From Kordiimonadaceae bacterium (lineage in GTDB: Bacteria; Pseudomonadota; Alphaproteobacteria; Sphingomonadales; Emcibacteraceae), in NCBI GenBank assembly GCA_024236295.1, contig JACKKT010000006.1, positions 146,105 through 210,104 of the forward strand: a DNA stretch of 64,000 nt. The letters run 5' to 3'. The notes under the pieces are model-generated. The model was given only the letters and a program-made list of their open reading frames with translations. It ran no database searches and was not told the origin of the DNA. This document shows, in pieces, positions 47,605 to 58,087 of the stretch (the first letter of the stretch is position 1; every line of letters begins with the position of its first letter). The position numbers and the translations under genes were made by a program.

Positions 47605-48708
47605 TTAAAAGAATAAATTTATTTTTTTTGTGTCCGGCAATATGGTATCGAGCACAATATCCTTGACCGCACCGCTGCTGACCCGGTAACGGTTCATAAA
47701 CACAATCACCGAGCGGTCCATATCAACAAACCGCTCGAAATAGGCCACGAAGCCCGCCACCTGACCGCTGTGGCTGGTGGTATTAAGCCCGCGGTCTTTT
47801 CCTACGCGCCAGCCCAGCGCATAACCGGTTTCGGTGCCGTCCGGCAGCACACCGGATGTCCACATTATTTTTTTGGAGGCTTCAGAAAGGAGCCTGGTAC
47901 CATGTAGCGCCGCATCCCATTTTGCCATATCCGCGGCGGAGGAAAGCAGCCCCCCTGCCCCCAGGGTTGAAGTGGTTTCGGTCGCGTTTCTATTGATCAG
48001 CTCCCCGCGTTTATTGACCCAGTATCCTTCAGCGCGGCCCCTGATGATTGCTTCCGGGTCGGCAAAGCGTGTCTGTGTCATGCCAAGCGGCTCAAAAATA
48101 CGTTTTTTTAAGACTTCCGCCAGCGGCATATGATCAACCTGCTCGACAATCATGCTGGCCAGATAATAACCGGTGTTGGAATAATACCAGCCCGTCCCGG
48201 GGGCAAAATCCATCGGCCGTCCATTGGCAATTTTAATGACGTCCTGCGGGGTCAGCCGAAGGCGGTAAACATCATATGTATAAATTTCCTCATAATCGGG
48301 AATACCGGATGTGTGGTTGAGCAGCTGCTTGACCGTGACCCCAAGCCAGTCTGTCGGCAGGTCGGCCAGATATTTTGATATCGGATCATCAAGGCTTAAT
48401 TTTCCTTCCTCCACCTGCATCATGGCGGCGGCGGACACAAATTCCTTACTGATGGAGCCGATCTCGAACACATGATTTTCCGCCACATCCACATCCAGCT
48501 CGACATTTGATTTGCCGTATGTGCGCACGAATTCAAGCTTGCCATCCTTCGCCACCGCCACCAGCGCCCCGGGCACATTATTTTCCGCCATATAACCCCT
48601 GATCCGCTCATCCATTTTTTGAAGCTCGGCTTCCGACGGTTTCACATACTGGGCATAGGCCGCTGTCGTACTAATAAGGACCAGTAAGGCCGCTAAAATG
48701 GATTTCAT
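47605..48708 (-). CDS. Secreted serine hydrolase, beta-lactamase class C/AmpC-like family
   Basis: Signal peptide MKSILAALLVLISTTAAYA, SISK, LLNHTSG, YSNTGY, HSG. Confidence 0.92.
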   Translation of the reverse strand: MKSILAALLVLISTTAAYAQYVKPSEAELQKMDERIRGYMAENNVPGALVAVAKDGKLEFVRTYGKSNVELDVDVAENHVFEIGSISKEFVSAAAMMQVEEGKLSLDDPISKYLADLPTDWLGVTVKQLLNHTSGIPDYEEIYTYDVYRLRLTPQDVIKIANGRPMDFAPGTGWYYSNTGYYLASMIVEQVDHMPLAEVLKKRIFEPLGMTQTRFADPEAIIRGRAEGYWVNKRGELINRNATETTSTLGAGGLLSSAADMAKWDAALHGTRLLSEASKKIMWTSGVLPDGTETGYALGWRVGKDRGLNTTSHSGQVAGFVAYFERFVDMDRSVIVFMNRYRVSSGAVKDIVLDTILPDTKKINLFF

Positions 48709-48908
48709 GACATCCTCCCGAATTTTTATTATCCGCTCAAACTTAACAGGCTTTAAAAAGCAATCCAATTAATTTATTGATGAAAATTTAGGTCAACACC
48801 GCTTTAGACAAATAATATAAAATCATCTATAGTTTTAACTAGCAAACATCCGGAAAATCAAATTGGGGGAATTCATGAAAAATCAATTTACTCTGACCCC
48901 TTTGATTC

Positions 48909-49046
48909 GAGATTAGGCATCTAGAACCTCAGAATATACGTGATTGGAATAGTGGGACGGTTGAAGGGCGAAGAGCTGCTCAGAGTGATTCGGATAATTT
49001 TGGGAATCAATTGTTTGATGCATGGCAAAAGTATTTAGGAAACTAA
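48909..49046 (+). pseudogene. Possible 3' remnant of a gene cut at the inverted repeat
   Basis: 45 open codons with no start, EIRHLEPQNIRDW...FGNQLFDAWQKYLGN*, beginning 1 nt after the repeat. Confidence 0.35.
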
Positions 49047-49079
49047 TTCTACGTTAATTATTTGTGAAGGACTATTTTT

Positions 49080-49637
49080 ATGACTTGGATGAAATATATG
49101 TTAGTTAAGTTATTATTTATTTTATTAATAGTTTTCAACTATCCGGCCTATGCAGTTTCACTGGATTTTGTAAGTTTAGATGAGTTATTTAAGAAATCGG
49201 ATGTAGTAGTTCATATAAAAATTACTGAAGCAAGTGTTGGTTATTTATCAGAGAAAAATACAGAATATTGTGATTATTGGGGAGAAATTATTAATTTATT
49301 CAAAGGCATAGATAATAAGAAAATAAGCTTTGAGTCATACGAGGGTTTAGAAATTGGTTCTGAATATGTATTATTTTTGCGACATTATGAGAATTCCTAT
49401 ATTGCTAGTCCTATACTTGGTGAAATTTTTGAATTCCATCGTGAATATGGTGCAAATAAAACAAAAACATGGCTCAAGAATTCTGCCTCACATATTAAAA
49501 TTCCGAAAGACATTATGACGCTAGACGTAAAATACAGAAGTGTAGACCAGTCAGATTATTATCCTTCTTATATATCTTATTTGCTTGTGGACTGGGAAGA
49601 GTTTAACGCACATTTATTGAAATTAAATACACCATGA
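49080..49637 (+). CDS. Orphan secreted protein, possibly TIMP/NTR-like OB fold
   Basis: Signal peptide (YPAYA|V), SLDELFKKSDVVVHIKI...FKG...LEIGSEYVLFL pattern. Confidence 0.7.
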   Translation: MTWMKYMLVKLLFILLIVFNYPAYAVSLDFVSLDELFKKSDVVVHIKITEASVGYLSEKNTEYCDYWGEIINLFKGIDNKKISFESYEGLEIGSEYVLFLRHYENSYIASPILGEIFEFHREYGANKTKTWLKNSASHIKIPKDIMTLDVKYRSVDQSDYYPSYISYLLVDWEEFNAHLLKLNTP

Positions 49638-49709
49638 TCAATCAAAGAGGTCCAATCAAAGCGGTCAGAAAATCAAAGGGGTCAGAGTAAATTGATTTCC
49701 TCTCCCTAT

Positions 49710-50381
49710 CTACTTTTGCACCATTTTAAATATCTGTTTTGCGCGTTCGTCGTCGTCGAGCGGTTTTTCCTCCTCCGGCGGGATGTTGACGCCGCGCTGA
49801 CAGGCAGGCCGCGCATTCATCTGATCCATCCAGCGCTTAAGGTTATCAAGCCCGTCAACGGATATGCCACCCCATTCATAACTTCTGATCCAGCACCAGT
49901 TGGCAATATCGGCGATTGAATAATCATCACACAGCCATTTCCGCCCCTCTAAGTGGCTATCAATCACTTCAAACAGCCGCCGGCTTTCATTTTGGTAACG
50001 GTCAATGGCCGGCTGGTATTTTTCCGGGAAATAGCGGTAAAACACATTGGCCTGCCCCATCATCGGGCCGATACCGCCCATCTGAAACATCAGCCACTGG
50101 ATAACCCGGCTGCGCGCCTTGGTTTCGTTTGGTAATAATTTTCCATACTTATCGGCCAGATAAATCATAATGGCGCCGCTTTCAAACACGGCGAAATCAT
50201 CATTTTCCCGGTCAACGATTGCCGGTATGCGGCCGTTGGGGTTGATTTTTAAAAACCAGTCCTGTTTCTGTTCATTTTCCATCAGCTTCAGATGATGTAC
50301 CGTATAGGGCACCCCCAGTTCTTCCAGCATGACGGAGATTTTATAACCGTTCGGCGTTCTGGCCGTATAAAGATCAATCAT
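49710..50381 (-). CDS. Glutathione S-transferase, Nu class (YfcG/YghU-like)
   Basis: [45 protein letters not shown]. Confidence 0.93.
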   Translation of the reverse strand: MIDLYTARTPNGYKISVMLEELGVPYTVHHLKLMENEQKQDWFLKINPNGRIPAIVDRENDDFAVFESGAIMIYLADKYGKLLPNETKARSRVIQWLMFQMGGIGPMMGQANVFYRYFPEKYQPAIDRYQNESRRLFEVIDSHLEGRKWLCDDYSIADIANWCWIRSYEWGGISVDGLDNLKRWMDQMNARPACQRGVNIPPEEEKPLDDDERAKQIFKMVQK

Positions 50382-50433
50382 AATGATACCCTTTTATTAG
50401 ATTTTCCCAACAAACTTAACAGGCTTTCCAGCC

Positions 50434-51567
50434 TTAATCCAGTGTCTGTTTATATCTGAGCATGGCGAAGACGCCGACCACAACCATAATGACCAGCAGC
50501 GGCCAGAAGGAGGCAAAAAGGTCAGCGCTTCCCGCCCCTTTAAGCATAATGCCGCGCATCAGCCGCATGAAGTGGGTCGCGGGCAGGCACTGACCGATCA
50601 TCTGCGCCCAGCGCGGCATGCCCAGAAACGGAAACAGAAACCCGGACAGGAGTATTTGCGGCAATAACATAAAAAAGGTCATCTGCAGCGCCTGCATCTG
50701 GGTTTCGGCAACGGAGGAAAAGAAAAAGCCAATCATCAGATTGACAATGATATAAAGGGTCACAGCCATGAAAAGCGTGCTGAAATTGCCGCTCATGGGA
50801 ATATCAAAAATAAATTCGGAAGCCAGCAGCACAATAAGCGTCTGGATATAACCGATTATCACATAAGGCGCGACCTTGCCGACCATCATTTCCATCGGTT
50901 TGATCGGCATCGCCAGCAGATTTTCCATGGTGCCGCGTTCTTTTTCGCGGGTGATGGCCACCGCCGTGATCATGGTCATGGTCATGGCGATGATGATACC
51001 AAGCAGCCCGGGAATAATGTTATATTGGGTTATCCCCGCCGGGTTATAGCGTTTATGCAGTACCACATCGACCGCCGGTGGTTTATCGGCAAGATCGGAT
51101 AGTCCCCCTTCCAGATCGCGTTTTAAGCCGAGACTGACAATTTCCCGCATGGAATTAACCGCCCCGGAGGAGGCCGACGGGTCGGTCGCATCGGCCACCA
51201 GCAAAATTTGCGGTCTTTCCCCGCGCACCAGATCGCGGGCGAAATTTTCAGGGATCATCAGGATAAAATTGACCTTGCCTTCTCGGATCAGGTTTTCGGC
51301 CTCCGCGTCCGTGTTGGGGCGTTCGGTAATATTCATGAATGTTGAATTTTCCGCCGCCTTGATAACCGAGCGGGACATGGCCGACTGGTCGCGGTCAATA
51401 AGCGCCGTTGGCAAATGACGCGGGTCCGAATTGATGGCAAAGCCAAACAGGATTAGCTGCATGATCGGCACACCGATCATCATGGCAAAGGTCATACGGT
51501 CGCGCCGCATCTGCACAAATTCTTTGAGGAGAACCGCTTTAACGCGGGCAAAGGACAAGGATCTCAT
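50434..51567 (-). CDS. ABC-2 efflux permease (YbhS/YbhR-like)
   Basis: KEFVQMRRDR, YNP, REKERGTMENLL, LSGFLFP. Confidence 0.93.
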   Translation of the reverse strand: MRSLSFARVKAVLLKEFVQMRRDRMTFAMMIGVPIMQLILFGFAINSDPRHLPTALIDRDQSAMSRSVIKAAENSTFMNITERPNTDAEAENLIREGKVNFILMIPENFARDLVRGERPQILLVADATDPSASSGAVNSMREIVSLGLKRDLEGGLSDLADKPPAVDVVLHKRYNPAGITQYNIIPGLLGIIIAMTMTMITAVAITREKERGTMENLLAMPIKPMEMMVGKVAPYVIIGYIQTLIVLLASEFIFDIPMSGNFSTLFMAVTLYIIVNLMIGFFFSSVAETQMQALQMTFFMLLPQILLSGFLFPFLGMPRWAQMIGQCLPATHFMRLMRGIMLKGAGSADLFASFWPLLVIMVVVGVFAMLRYKQTLD

Positions 51568-52493
51568 TTGAAATTATCCTCCGTTTTGGTCATCAGATGA
51601 ATGAACACTTCCTCAAGTCCGGGCTTTTTTTCCTGCCAGGAAAGATTTTCATCATGTAAATAGGGGCTTATCGCCTGTCTTAGCGCGTCCGCATCCATCC
51701 CGCTTACATGTAGGGCGGTGCCAAAACGGGCGACATTTTCAACGCCATTGGCCCCGGTCAGTTTTTTGGAAAGGGCGGATAGTCCCTTCCCCTCCACCCG
51801 CCAGGTATGGAGACCGACACGTTCCACCAGTTCATGGGACGGCGCATCAATCAGTTTTTTACCGTAGGCAATATAGGCGATATAATCACACTGGATTGCT
51901 TCATCCATATAATGGGTGGAGACGAGTATAGTCACCCCGCGATCAGCCACATCATGGATCGTATCCCAGAATTCCCGGCGCGCTTTCGGGTCAACCCCGG
52001 CGGTCGGTTCATCGAGCAGCAAAAGTTCCGGTTCATGCATCATGCAGGCGGCAAGGGCAAGCCGCTGTTTCCAGCCGCCGGAAAGCGAACCTGCCAATTG
52101 ATTGGCCCGCGCATAAAGGCCAAGGTCCTTAAGCGTTTCATCAACCCGTTCATTGCGGTTATCCATTTCATACATACGGGCAACAAATTCAAGATTTTCC
52201 CGAATGGTCAGATCTTCCCAAAGGGAAAATTTCTGGGTCATATAGCCGACCCGCTTTTTTATTTCGTCCGACTGTTCAATAACATCAAAGCCAAGGCAGG
52301 TGCCCGAACCATCATTGGGCACCAAGAGCCCGCAAACCATTCGGATTGTTGTGGTTTTGCCCGACCCGTTTGGCCCGAGAAAGCCGTAAACCGCGCCGCG
52401 CGGCACCTTAAGGTCAAAATGGTCAACCACGGTTTTATCGCCGTAAACCTTGGTCAGCCCTTTGACATCAATGACCGTCTCAACATTTGTCAT
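51564..52493 (-). CDS. ABC transporter ATP-binding protein (YbhF-like)
   Basis: GPNGSGKT, LSGGWKQR, LLLLDEPT, STHYMDEA. Confidence 0.95.
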   Translation of the reverse strand: MTNVETVIDVKGLTKVYGDKTVVDHFDLKVPRGAVYGFLGPNGSGKTTTIRMVCGLLVPNDGSGTCLGFDVIEQSDEIKKRVGYMTQKFSLWEDLTIRENLEFVARMYEMDNRNERVDETLKDLGLYARANQLAGSLSGGWKQRLALAACMMHEPELLLLDEPTAGVDPKARREFWDTIHDVADRGVTILVSTHYMDEAIQCDYIAYIAYGKKLIDAPSHELVERVGLHTWRVEGKGLSALSKKLTGANGVENVARFGTALHVSGMDADALRQAISPYLHDENLSWQEKKPGLEEVFIHLMTKTEDNFK

Positions 52494-53431
52494 TTCAAGG
52501 TCACTTCCACCGGTTGCCCGTTATGAAATTTTTCCGGGGCTGAGGGGATTGCCTCAACCAGATAGACAAGTTTTTTTCTTTCCTTTTCAGAAAAAATGAC
52601 AGGCGGTGTAAATTCGGCACTATCAGAAATATAAATGATCTTACCCGACAGGCCGGTATCACAACCATCGCAGTTTAACCCAACCTGTTGGTTAAGACTT
52701 ACAGTGCCAAGAGCGCCTTCTTTTACAAAAAATCGTATCCGTTTCTGATCCGGCGGCAGAAGGGCAAGAACAGGCGCCGTTGGCCCGGCAATTTCACCGA
52801 CCCGGCGATAAACGGTTTCAATCCGGCCGGTGACTGGTGCAAAAATGCTGCGGTCCCGCAGTTCGGTTTCAGCGCGGGTGATGGCCGTTTTTCTCGCCTC
52901 CACATCACGTTCTGCCGCTTCAATCACATCGGACCTAGCTGGCAGCTGAATAAGATCAAGCCTTGATTTTGCCTCCGTCACCCGGGCACGGCTCGCATCA
53001 AGGGTTGCCTGATCCTGATCAAGACGGGCGGCCGACAGCACCCCGCGCTCAACCAGATTTTTTGTTCGGTTATATGTCTGTTCTGCCAGTGTTAAGGACG
53101 CCTGTGCCTGCTTTAATGTTTCTTCTGCGGCACGGATTTCTTCCGGGCGGCCGCCTTTACGCAAATTCATTAGTTGCGCTTCGGCAGCGGCACTTGCCGC
53201 TTTTGCTTCATCAAGCTGGGCCTGCGCCCGTTCACTATCCACAGAAAAAAGCAGGTCTCCTGCGGCGACTTCGTCTCCCTCCCTTACGTCGAGAGCGGTG
53301 AGTATCCCTGCCGCGCGTGGTGCAAGGTTAAGCTGCCGTCCTTCCACATAACCCTGTAAAGCCCCGCTATCATCACCATTACTGCAGGACGCCAGCATCA
53401 ACCCGAGACAGAATATAGCCATTTTACGCAT
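52490..53431 (-). CDS. HlyD-family membrane fusion lipoprotein (YbhG-like)
   Basis: Lipobox LASC, VREGDEV, coiled coil, AEFTPP. Confidence 0.92.
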   Translation of the reverse strand: MRKMAIFCLGLMLASCSNGDDSGALQGYVEGRQLNLAPRAAGILTALDVREGDEVAAGDLLFSVDSERAQAQLDEAKAASAAAEAQLMNLRKGGRPEEIRAAEETLKQAQASLTLAEQTYNRTKNLVERGVLSAARLDQDQATLDASRARVTEAKSRLDLIQLPARSDVIEAAERDVEARKTAITRAETELRDRSIFAPVTGRIETVYRRVGEIAGPTAPVLALLPPDQKRIRFFVKEGALGTVSLNQQVGLNCDGCDTGLSGKIIYISDSAEFTPPVIFSEKERKKLVYLVEAIPSAPEKFHNGQPVEVTLK

Positions 53432-53433
53432 AT

Positions 53434-54093
53434 TTAACCCTCCTGCGGCAGACGTATGCCGTTTAAATAGATATCAAGATGTGCGGATATAAGCTCCTGA
53501 ACCGAAATGCCCGGTTCACCTTTTCTTACAAACACACCATTCCAGACCATCTGCATCAGGATCACACTGATCAATGTTCTGGTTGCATAGTTCACATCAA
53601 CATTTCTAAATTCACCACTGGTAATGCCTTTTTTAATAACAGTGCCAAGTGCCGCCATAGTGACATCAATCACTTCACTTCTGTAATAATCAGCATGTTC
53701 CGGAAAATTGCCCGCCTCGCCAATGATGAGAAGCGGAATAGCGCTGATTTTTTTATTGGTCAGATTTTCACCAACAATCAGCAGCATTCTGCGCAAGATA
53801 TCTGAGGCAGACTCACCGGAAAGATCATCCGGGACATGTTCTGAAATATTCTTAAGTCCAGTAGCAATCGGCTTGATTGTTCTGCTGATGAGGGCCTTTA
53901 ACATTTCTTCCTTGCTTGAAAAATATAAATAGACCGACCCTTTGGAAAGACCCGCATGTTTGGCAATATCCTCAATCCGGGCGGCGGCAAAGCCACGTTC
54001 CCTGAATTCAATCAGGGCGCCATCAAGAATATCATCCGGTCTTTTTTCCGGCCTTCGGCGCCATTTTGGTTCTGCTTCAATTGTTTCAATCAT
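53434..54093 (-). CDS. TetR-family regulator
   Basis: GFAAARIEDIAKHAGLSKGSVYLYFSSKEE. Confidence 0.95.
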   Translation of the reverse strand: MIETIEAEPKWRRRPEKRPDDILDGALIEFRERGFAAARIEDIAKHAGLSKGSVYLYFSSKEEMLKALISRTIKPIATGLKNISEHVPDDLSGESASDILRRMLLIVGENLTNKKISAIPLLIIGEAGNFPEHADYYRSEVIDVTMAALGTVIKKGITSGEFRNVDVNYATRTLISVILMQMVWNGVFVRKGEPGISVQELISAHLDIYLNGIRLPQEG

Positions 54094-54209
54094 ATTCAGT
54101 CCGACAACTCAAAAAATCACTATTAAATAAATAACCGGTCATTTATTTAATTGCAAGTAAATTTTAGATATCCAATTAACTTAAGTTTAAGGTTATACTC
54201 ATAAAATCA

Positions 54210-55448
54210 GTGCTCAAATTTGAAAGTGTCAGGATTTTCATGGATACTGCCCTAATGGAACTTGAAAAAGCTCAACAGCAGGCAACTCAGGCGGCGGAAA
54301 GATTAAAAAACATTGTCAATACAGTGTCGGAAGGCATCTGTATGTATGATGATTGCGGTACTATTACTTTCTGGAGCCCGAGTTGTGAACAAATTCTTGG
54401 CTTCAGTGAAAAAGAGGCCCTGGGCAAGCAGCTTGAAAACCTCATTCCCATTGATAATAAGTACCCGTCCAGCCGTAAGCTTTATAAAAAAACGGCTGCG
54501 GATGAATCGGACCCCCCTACTCTGATTTTTGATGCAAAAAATAAAAACGGCAAAACCACACCCCTTGAGCTATCCCTTACCGGTTGGGAAGAAGAAAACG
54601 GATGGGTTCATGTTGCCGTCTTTCGTGATATGGGCGAACATTTTTCCCATCAGGTTGAACTTGAAAAGGCTCTCAAAAAAGCCAATGAGGCAAACCTGGC
54701 CAAAACCCAGTTTCTGGCCAATATGAGTCATGAACTAAGAACGCCGCTTAATGCCATTATCGGTTTCAGTGAACTGATCCTTAATCACAGACTTAAAGAA
54801 ATGAAAGCTGAAGAAATTCAGGAAGATATCAACATCATTCATTCATCAGGACAGCATTTGCTGGCCCTTATCAATGAAGTTCTTGATATTTCAAAAGTGG
54901 AAGCCGGTAAAATGGAGCTTAATATCTGGCCTGTTGATATACCGCCCCTGGTCAAAACCGCCTGTCAGCTTTCAGAAACACTGGTAAAGGAGCAAAATAA
55001 CCTTCTGGTGTTGAACTTTTCCAAAGACCTTAAGGTTATGAATCTTGATCCGAAAATCACCAAACAAATTCTCATGAACCTGATTAATAACGCTGCCAAA
55101 TTCACCAAAGGCGGCACCATTACAATTGTGGTCCGACAGGAAATGAGGAGTGACAGGCTTTGGGCCATAATTGAAGTGATTGATACAGGCATCGGCATTA
55201 AGGAAACTGCCCTTGACAGCGTTTTTGAACGGTTTTCACAGGTTGATGACAGCCACACCCGAGAGCATCAGGGAACCGGACTTGGACTTGCCCTTGTTAA
55301 AACATTTGTTGAATTTATGGGTGGCACAATTTCGGTTGCCAGTACTTATGGTGAAGGAACAACATTTACTGTTGAAATTCCTGATGGCGACCATCTTGAA
55401 AGTTCAAATGAGCCTTCTAAAAACAATGATATGATTCCCGTTCTTTAA
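54210..55448 (+). CDS. Cytoplasmic PAS sensor histidine kinase
   Basis: PAS domain, FLANMSHELRTPLNAI, NLINNAAKF, DTGIG, GTGLGL; start may be ATG 54240. Confidence 0.93.
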   Translation: MLKFESVRIFMDTALMELEKAQQQATQAAERLKNIVNTVSEGICMYDDCGTITFWSPSCEQILGFSEKEALGKQLENLIPIDNKYPSSRKLYKKTAADESDPPTLIFDAKNKNGKTTPLELSLTGWEEENGWVHVAVFRDMGEHFSHQVELEKALKKANEANLAKTQFLANMSHELRTPLNAIIGFSELILNHRLKEMKAEEIQEDINIIHSSGQHLLALINEVLDISKVEAGKMELNIWPVDIPPLVKTACQLSETLVKEQNNLLVLNFSKDLKVMNLDPKITKQILMNLINNAAKFTKGGTITIVVRQEMRSDRLWAIIEVIDTGIGIKETALDSVFERFSQVDDSHTREHQGTGLGLALVKTFVEFMGGTISVASTYGEGTTFTVEIPDGDHLESSNEPSKNNDMIPVL

Positions 55449-55513
55449 AACCATCCTATTTTCATTTATCATCTAGCATATTTTCATTTATTTAATTTTG
55501 AAAGATAAAAGGA

Positions 55514-55972
55514 ATGCCAATGCCATCAATAAAGGTATTTTATTATGGTCTGTTTATGGATCCGGATTTGCTTAAGCAACAGGGACTCAATCCAGACAAA
55601 CATGTAATAGCAAGACTTGATAATTTTCAATTGTTACTTGGTGAAAGGGCAACAATGATACCCATGTTAGGTAGTGAAGTATGGGGAACAGTCATGAGTT
55701 TAAACGAGCAGGAAATTAAAAAGCTTTATTCCCCTCCATCCGTTGCTGATTACAAACCCCTTAAGATTGAGTGTTACACAGAAAATGGCGATAAACTTAA
55801 TGCTAGTACCTATATTCTTCCGGAAGGATATCCGCTTTCCCCTCCAAAAAATGCCGACTATGCAAAAAAACTTCTAACTATTTGCAAAAAGTTGAATATT
55901 CCCCCATTTTATTGCAACCATATTAGCGCTATGGTCAGGGCAATAGAAAATAAGGGGAAAGCAGAAAAATGA
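55514..55972 (+). CDS. Gamma-glutamylcyclotransferase-like protein
   Basis: VFYYGLFMD, VWG, Y.P..I pattern. Confidence 0.75.
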   Translation: MPMPSIKVFYYGLFMDPDLLKQQGLNPDKHVIARLDNFQLLLGERATMIPMLGSEVWGTVMSLNEQEIKKLYSPPSVADYKPLKIECYTENGDKLNASTYILPEGYPLSPPKNADYAKKLLTICKKLNIPPFYCNHISAMVRAIENKGKAEK

Positions 55973-57375
55973 AACAAACTAAACTATTTGCTTTATGTGG
56001 TCTACTCTTACTAACTGCTGGCTGCAGTAGTGAAAAATCTGCTGATCCGATTTCACAGGACAGTTTTGATCTAAGACAGGAACTGCACAAACTTACTTAT
56101 GATAAAAACAAGGCACCAACGGAAATTGCCGGACTGGAGATGATCCTGATAAAAAACGGCAAAGTTATTTTCGAAGATGCTGAAGGCATGGCAAGATATA
56201 TTGATGGAGCCAATGTTCCTCTTACCACCAATCATAAAGTCCGTATTGCTTCGATTTCAAAATTCATGCTGACCCTCGCTTTTATGACACTGGTGGAGGA
56301 AGGGAAAGTTGATCTGGATTCTGATGTTTCAGAATATCTAGGCTTAATGCTTAGAAACCCAAATTTTCCAGACAGAGCCATAACGGCAAGACAGGTTTTG
56401 GCTCATATTTCCTCTATCCGTGATGGTAGCTATTATTATATGGGAATTGATCAGAATTTTAAGGATTTCTTCATTCCCGGATCATCTGAAAAAAGTGCTG
56501 ATCATTATGAAGACGGTGCCCATTTTGCGACTGGAGAAAATCAGGGCCCAGGCGATTATTTTACATATTCAAATCTGAACTTCGGTATTATTTCAGGCAT
56601 AGCGGAAAATGTTTCCGGAATGCGCATGGACCTGTTTGTCAAAGAACGGCTGCTGGATCCTCTTGGGCTTGATGCAAGCTTTAATGTCTGCACACTTTAT
56701 GAAAACGGATTTAGCAAGCTGGCGACTCTTTATCGGCGTGGCAATGACGAAACAGCATGGAACCCAAGTGGGCCATGGATTGAACAAGTCGATGGTGATC
56801 CGATCAGATGCTATTATGATGGCCCTCTGGTTGCCCGAGGCGACACACCGGATTTCAGGGAACTTGAAACCTACCAGATAGGTAAAAATCCTACCCTCTT
56901 CTCTCCACAGGGTGGATTGCGGGTTTCAGCAAGCGATCTTGCCGTCATAATGCAGATGATTCTTAATGACGGTAAACATAATGGAAAACAGATTATCCCC
57001 AAATCAGCCCTTGATAAAATGATGACTCCGGTTTGGCACTATGATGAAACCCTTAAAAACGGCCATACGGGCGGTGAATCAGCCATAGATGATGACAGGG
57101 CCAAGGGCATGATGACCACCTATGGCCTCTCTACCCATATCATTGATTTGAAAGACTGGGGGCTAACAGAAAAAAGCAGAAAATTTTATGGCCATCTCGG
57201 CTCGGCTTATGGCCTTCAGGGGCAGTTCTGGTTTGACCCGGAATCCAAAGACGGCATTATTGTCTTTGTGACCGGTCTTGGCGATGATCCGACCAAAGCC
57301 AAGGCGACCATACCCCTATTAGCCATTGAGGAAGCCGTTTTAAGATTAGGTTTAAAAGGACTGGAAATTCACTGA
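55969..57375 (+). CDS. Serine hydrolase lipoprotein, beta-lactamase family
   Basis: Lipobox TAGC, RIASISK, YSNLNF, SPQGGLR, GHLGSAYG. Confidence 0.9.
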   Translation: MKQTKLFALCGLLLLTAGCSSEKSADPISQDSFDLRQELHKLTYDKNKAPTEIAGLEMILIKNGKVIFEDAEGMARYIDGANVPLTTNHKVRIASISKFMLTLAFMTLVEEGKVDLDSDVSEYLGLMLRNPNFPDRAITARQVLAHISSIRDGSYYYMGIDQNFKDFFIPGSSEKSADHYEDGAHFATGENQGPGDYFTYSNLNFGIISGIAENVSGMRMDLFVKERLLDPLGLDASFNVCTLYENGFSKLATLYRRGNDETAWNPSGPWIEQVDGDPIRCYYDGPLVARGDTPDFRELETYQIGKNPTLFSPQGGLRVSASDLAVIMQMILNDGKHNGKQIIPKSALDKMMTPVWHYDETLKNGHTGGESAIDDDRAKGMMTTYGLSTHIIDLKDWGLTEKSRKFYGHLGSAYGLQGQFWFDPESKDGIIVFVTGLGDDPTKAKATIPLLAIEEAVLRLGLKGLEIH

Positions 57376-57397
57376 AATTATATTAATTTCCGCTGAT

Positions 57398-57805
57398 TTA
57401 ACTTTTATCTTTGTCAAAGACATCATCAACAGGAATCTGTAACCCATTGGCGATATGATTGGTTTTTGCCGCAAGTGATACGATTTTAAGGATTTCCCCA
57501 TGCTGTGCATCCGTCATGCCCTTTGCTTTGGCCGCAGCAGTATGGGAATGGACGCAGTAAGCACATGAATTGGCAATTGATACGGCTAGATAAAGCATTT
57601 CCTTAGTCAATGGATCAAGTACGGTTGGTTCCGCCATCACCCTTTTTACATCAGCCCATGTCGTCTCAAGCAAATCTTCATCAAAGGCAATATAATACCA
57701 CATATTATTGATAAAATCTGAGTTGCGCGTTTTTCTTATATCATCAAACACTGCCTTCACACGGGGATTTTGTTCAATATTTTCTTCTGGTTTATATGTT
57801 GACAT
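57398..57805 (-). CDS. Carboxymuconolactone decarboxylase / AhpD-like protein
   Basis: LDPLTKEMLYLAVS, NSCAYCVHSH. Confidence 0.88.
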   Translation of the reverse strand: MSTYKPEENIEQNPRVKAVFDDIRKTRNSDFINNMWYYIAFDEDLLETTWADVKRVMAEPTVLDPLTKEMLYLAVSIANSCAYCVHSHTAAAKAKGMTDAQHGEILKIVSLAAKTNHIANGLQIPVDDVFDKDKS

Positions 57806-57957
57806 ATTGGCATCCTGTTTTATAAGGTTATATTATAACAGTCGTTATTTTGTACCCATAATTTAATTAATTCAAGGCCATATAAATTATACATGTAAAA
57901 TTCAGTGAAATTAAGAACAGTTAAGTTCTTTTTTACTTTTTTTGTTTTATCCACAGA

Positions 57958-57997
57958 CTGTCATAAATTTGTAATGAATATGTCATCTATATGTAAT
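57958..57997 (+). promoter_or_regulatory. Double Pho box (four PhoB half-sites)
   Basis: CTGTCAT-AAAT-TTGTAAT-GAAT-ATGTCAT-CTAT-ATGTAAT at exact 11-bp pitch, upstream of the phosphate porin. Confidence 0.88.
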
Positions 57998-58087
57998 GAA
58001 ACTTTTGTAAATCTTTCATCAAAGTCAGAATCGAAGTATTTCAAACACGAAACATTAAAACCAAACTCACTTTTTTAAGGAAATATA

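Larger units (their letters stand above)
48880..49698. mobile_element. Non-autonomous module bounded by perfect 28-bp inverted repeats
   Basis: AAATCAATTTACTCTGACCCCTTTGATT (48880-48907) and its exact reverse complement at 49671-49698; partial tandem copies at 49640-49670; AT-rich interior. Confidence 0.7.

Noticed and set aside
51807-52526. 239-aa + strand ORF and the many other 60-185 aa ORFs overlapping called genes
   Set aside because: Antisense or alternate-frame shadows of well-supported genes, with no recognisable motifs.
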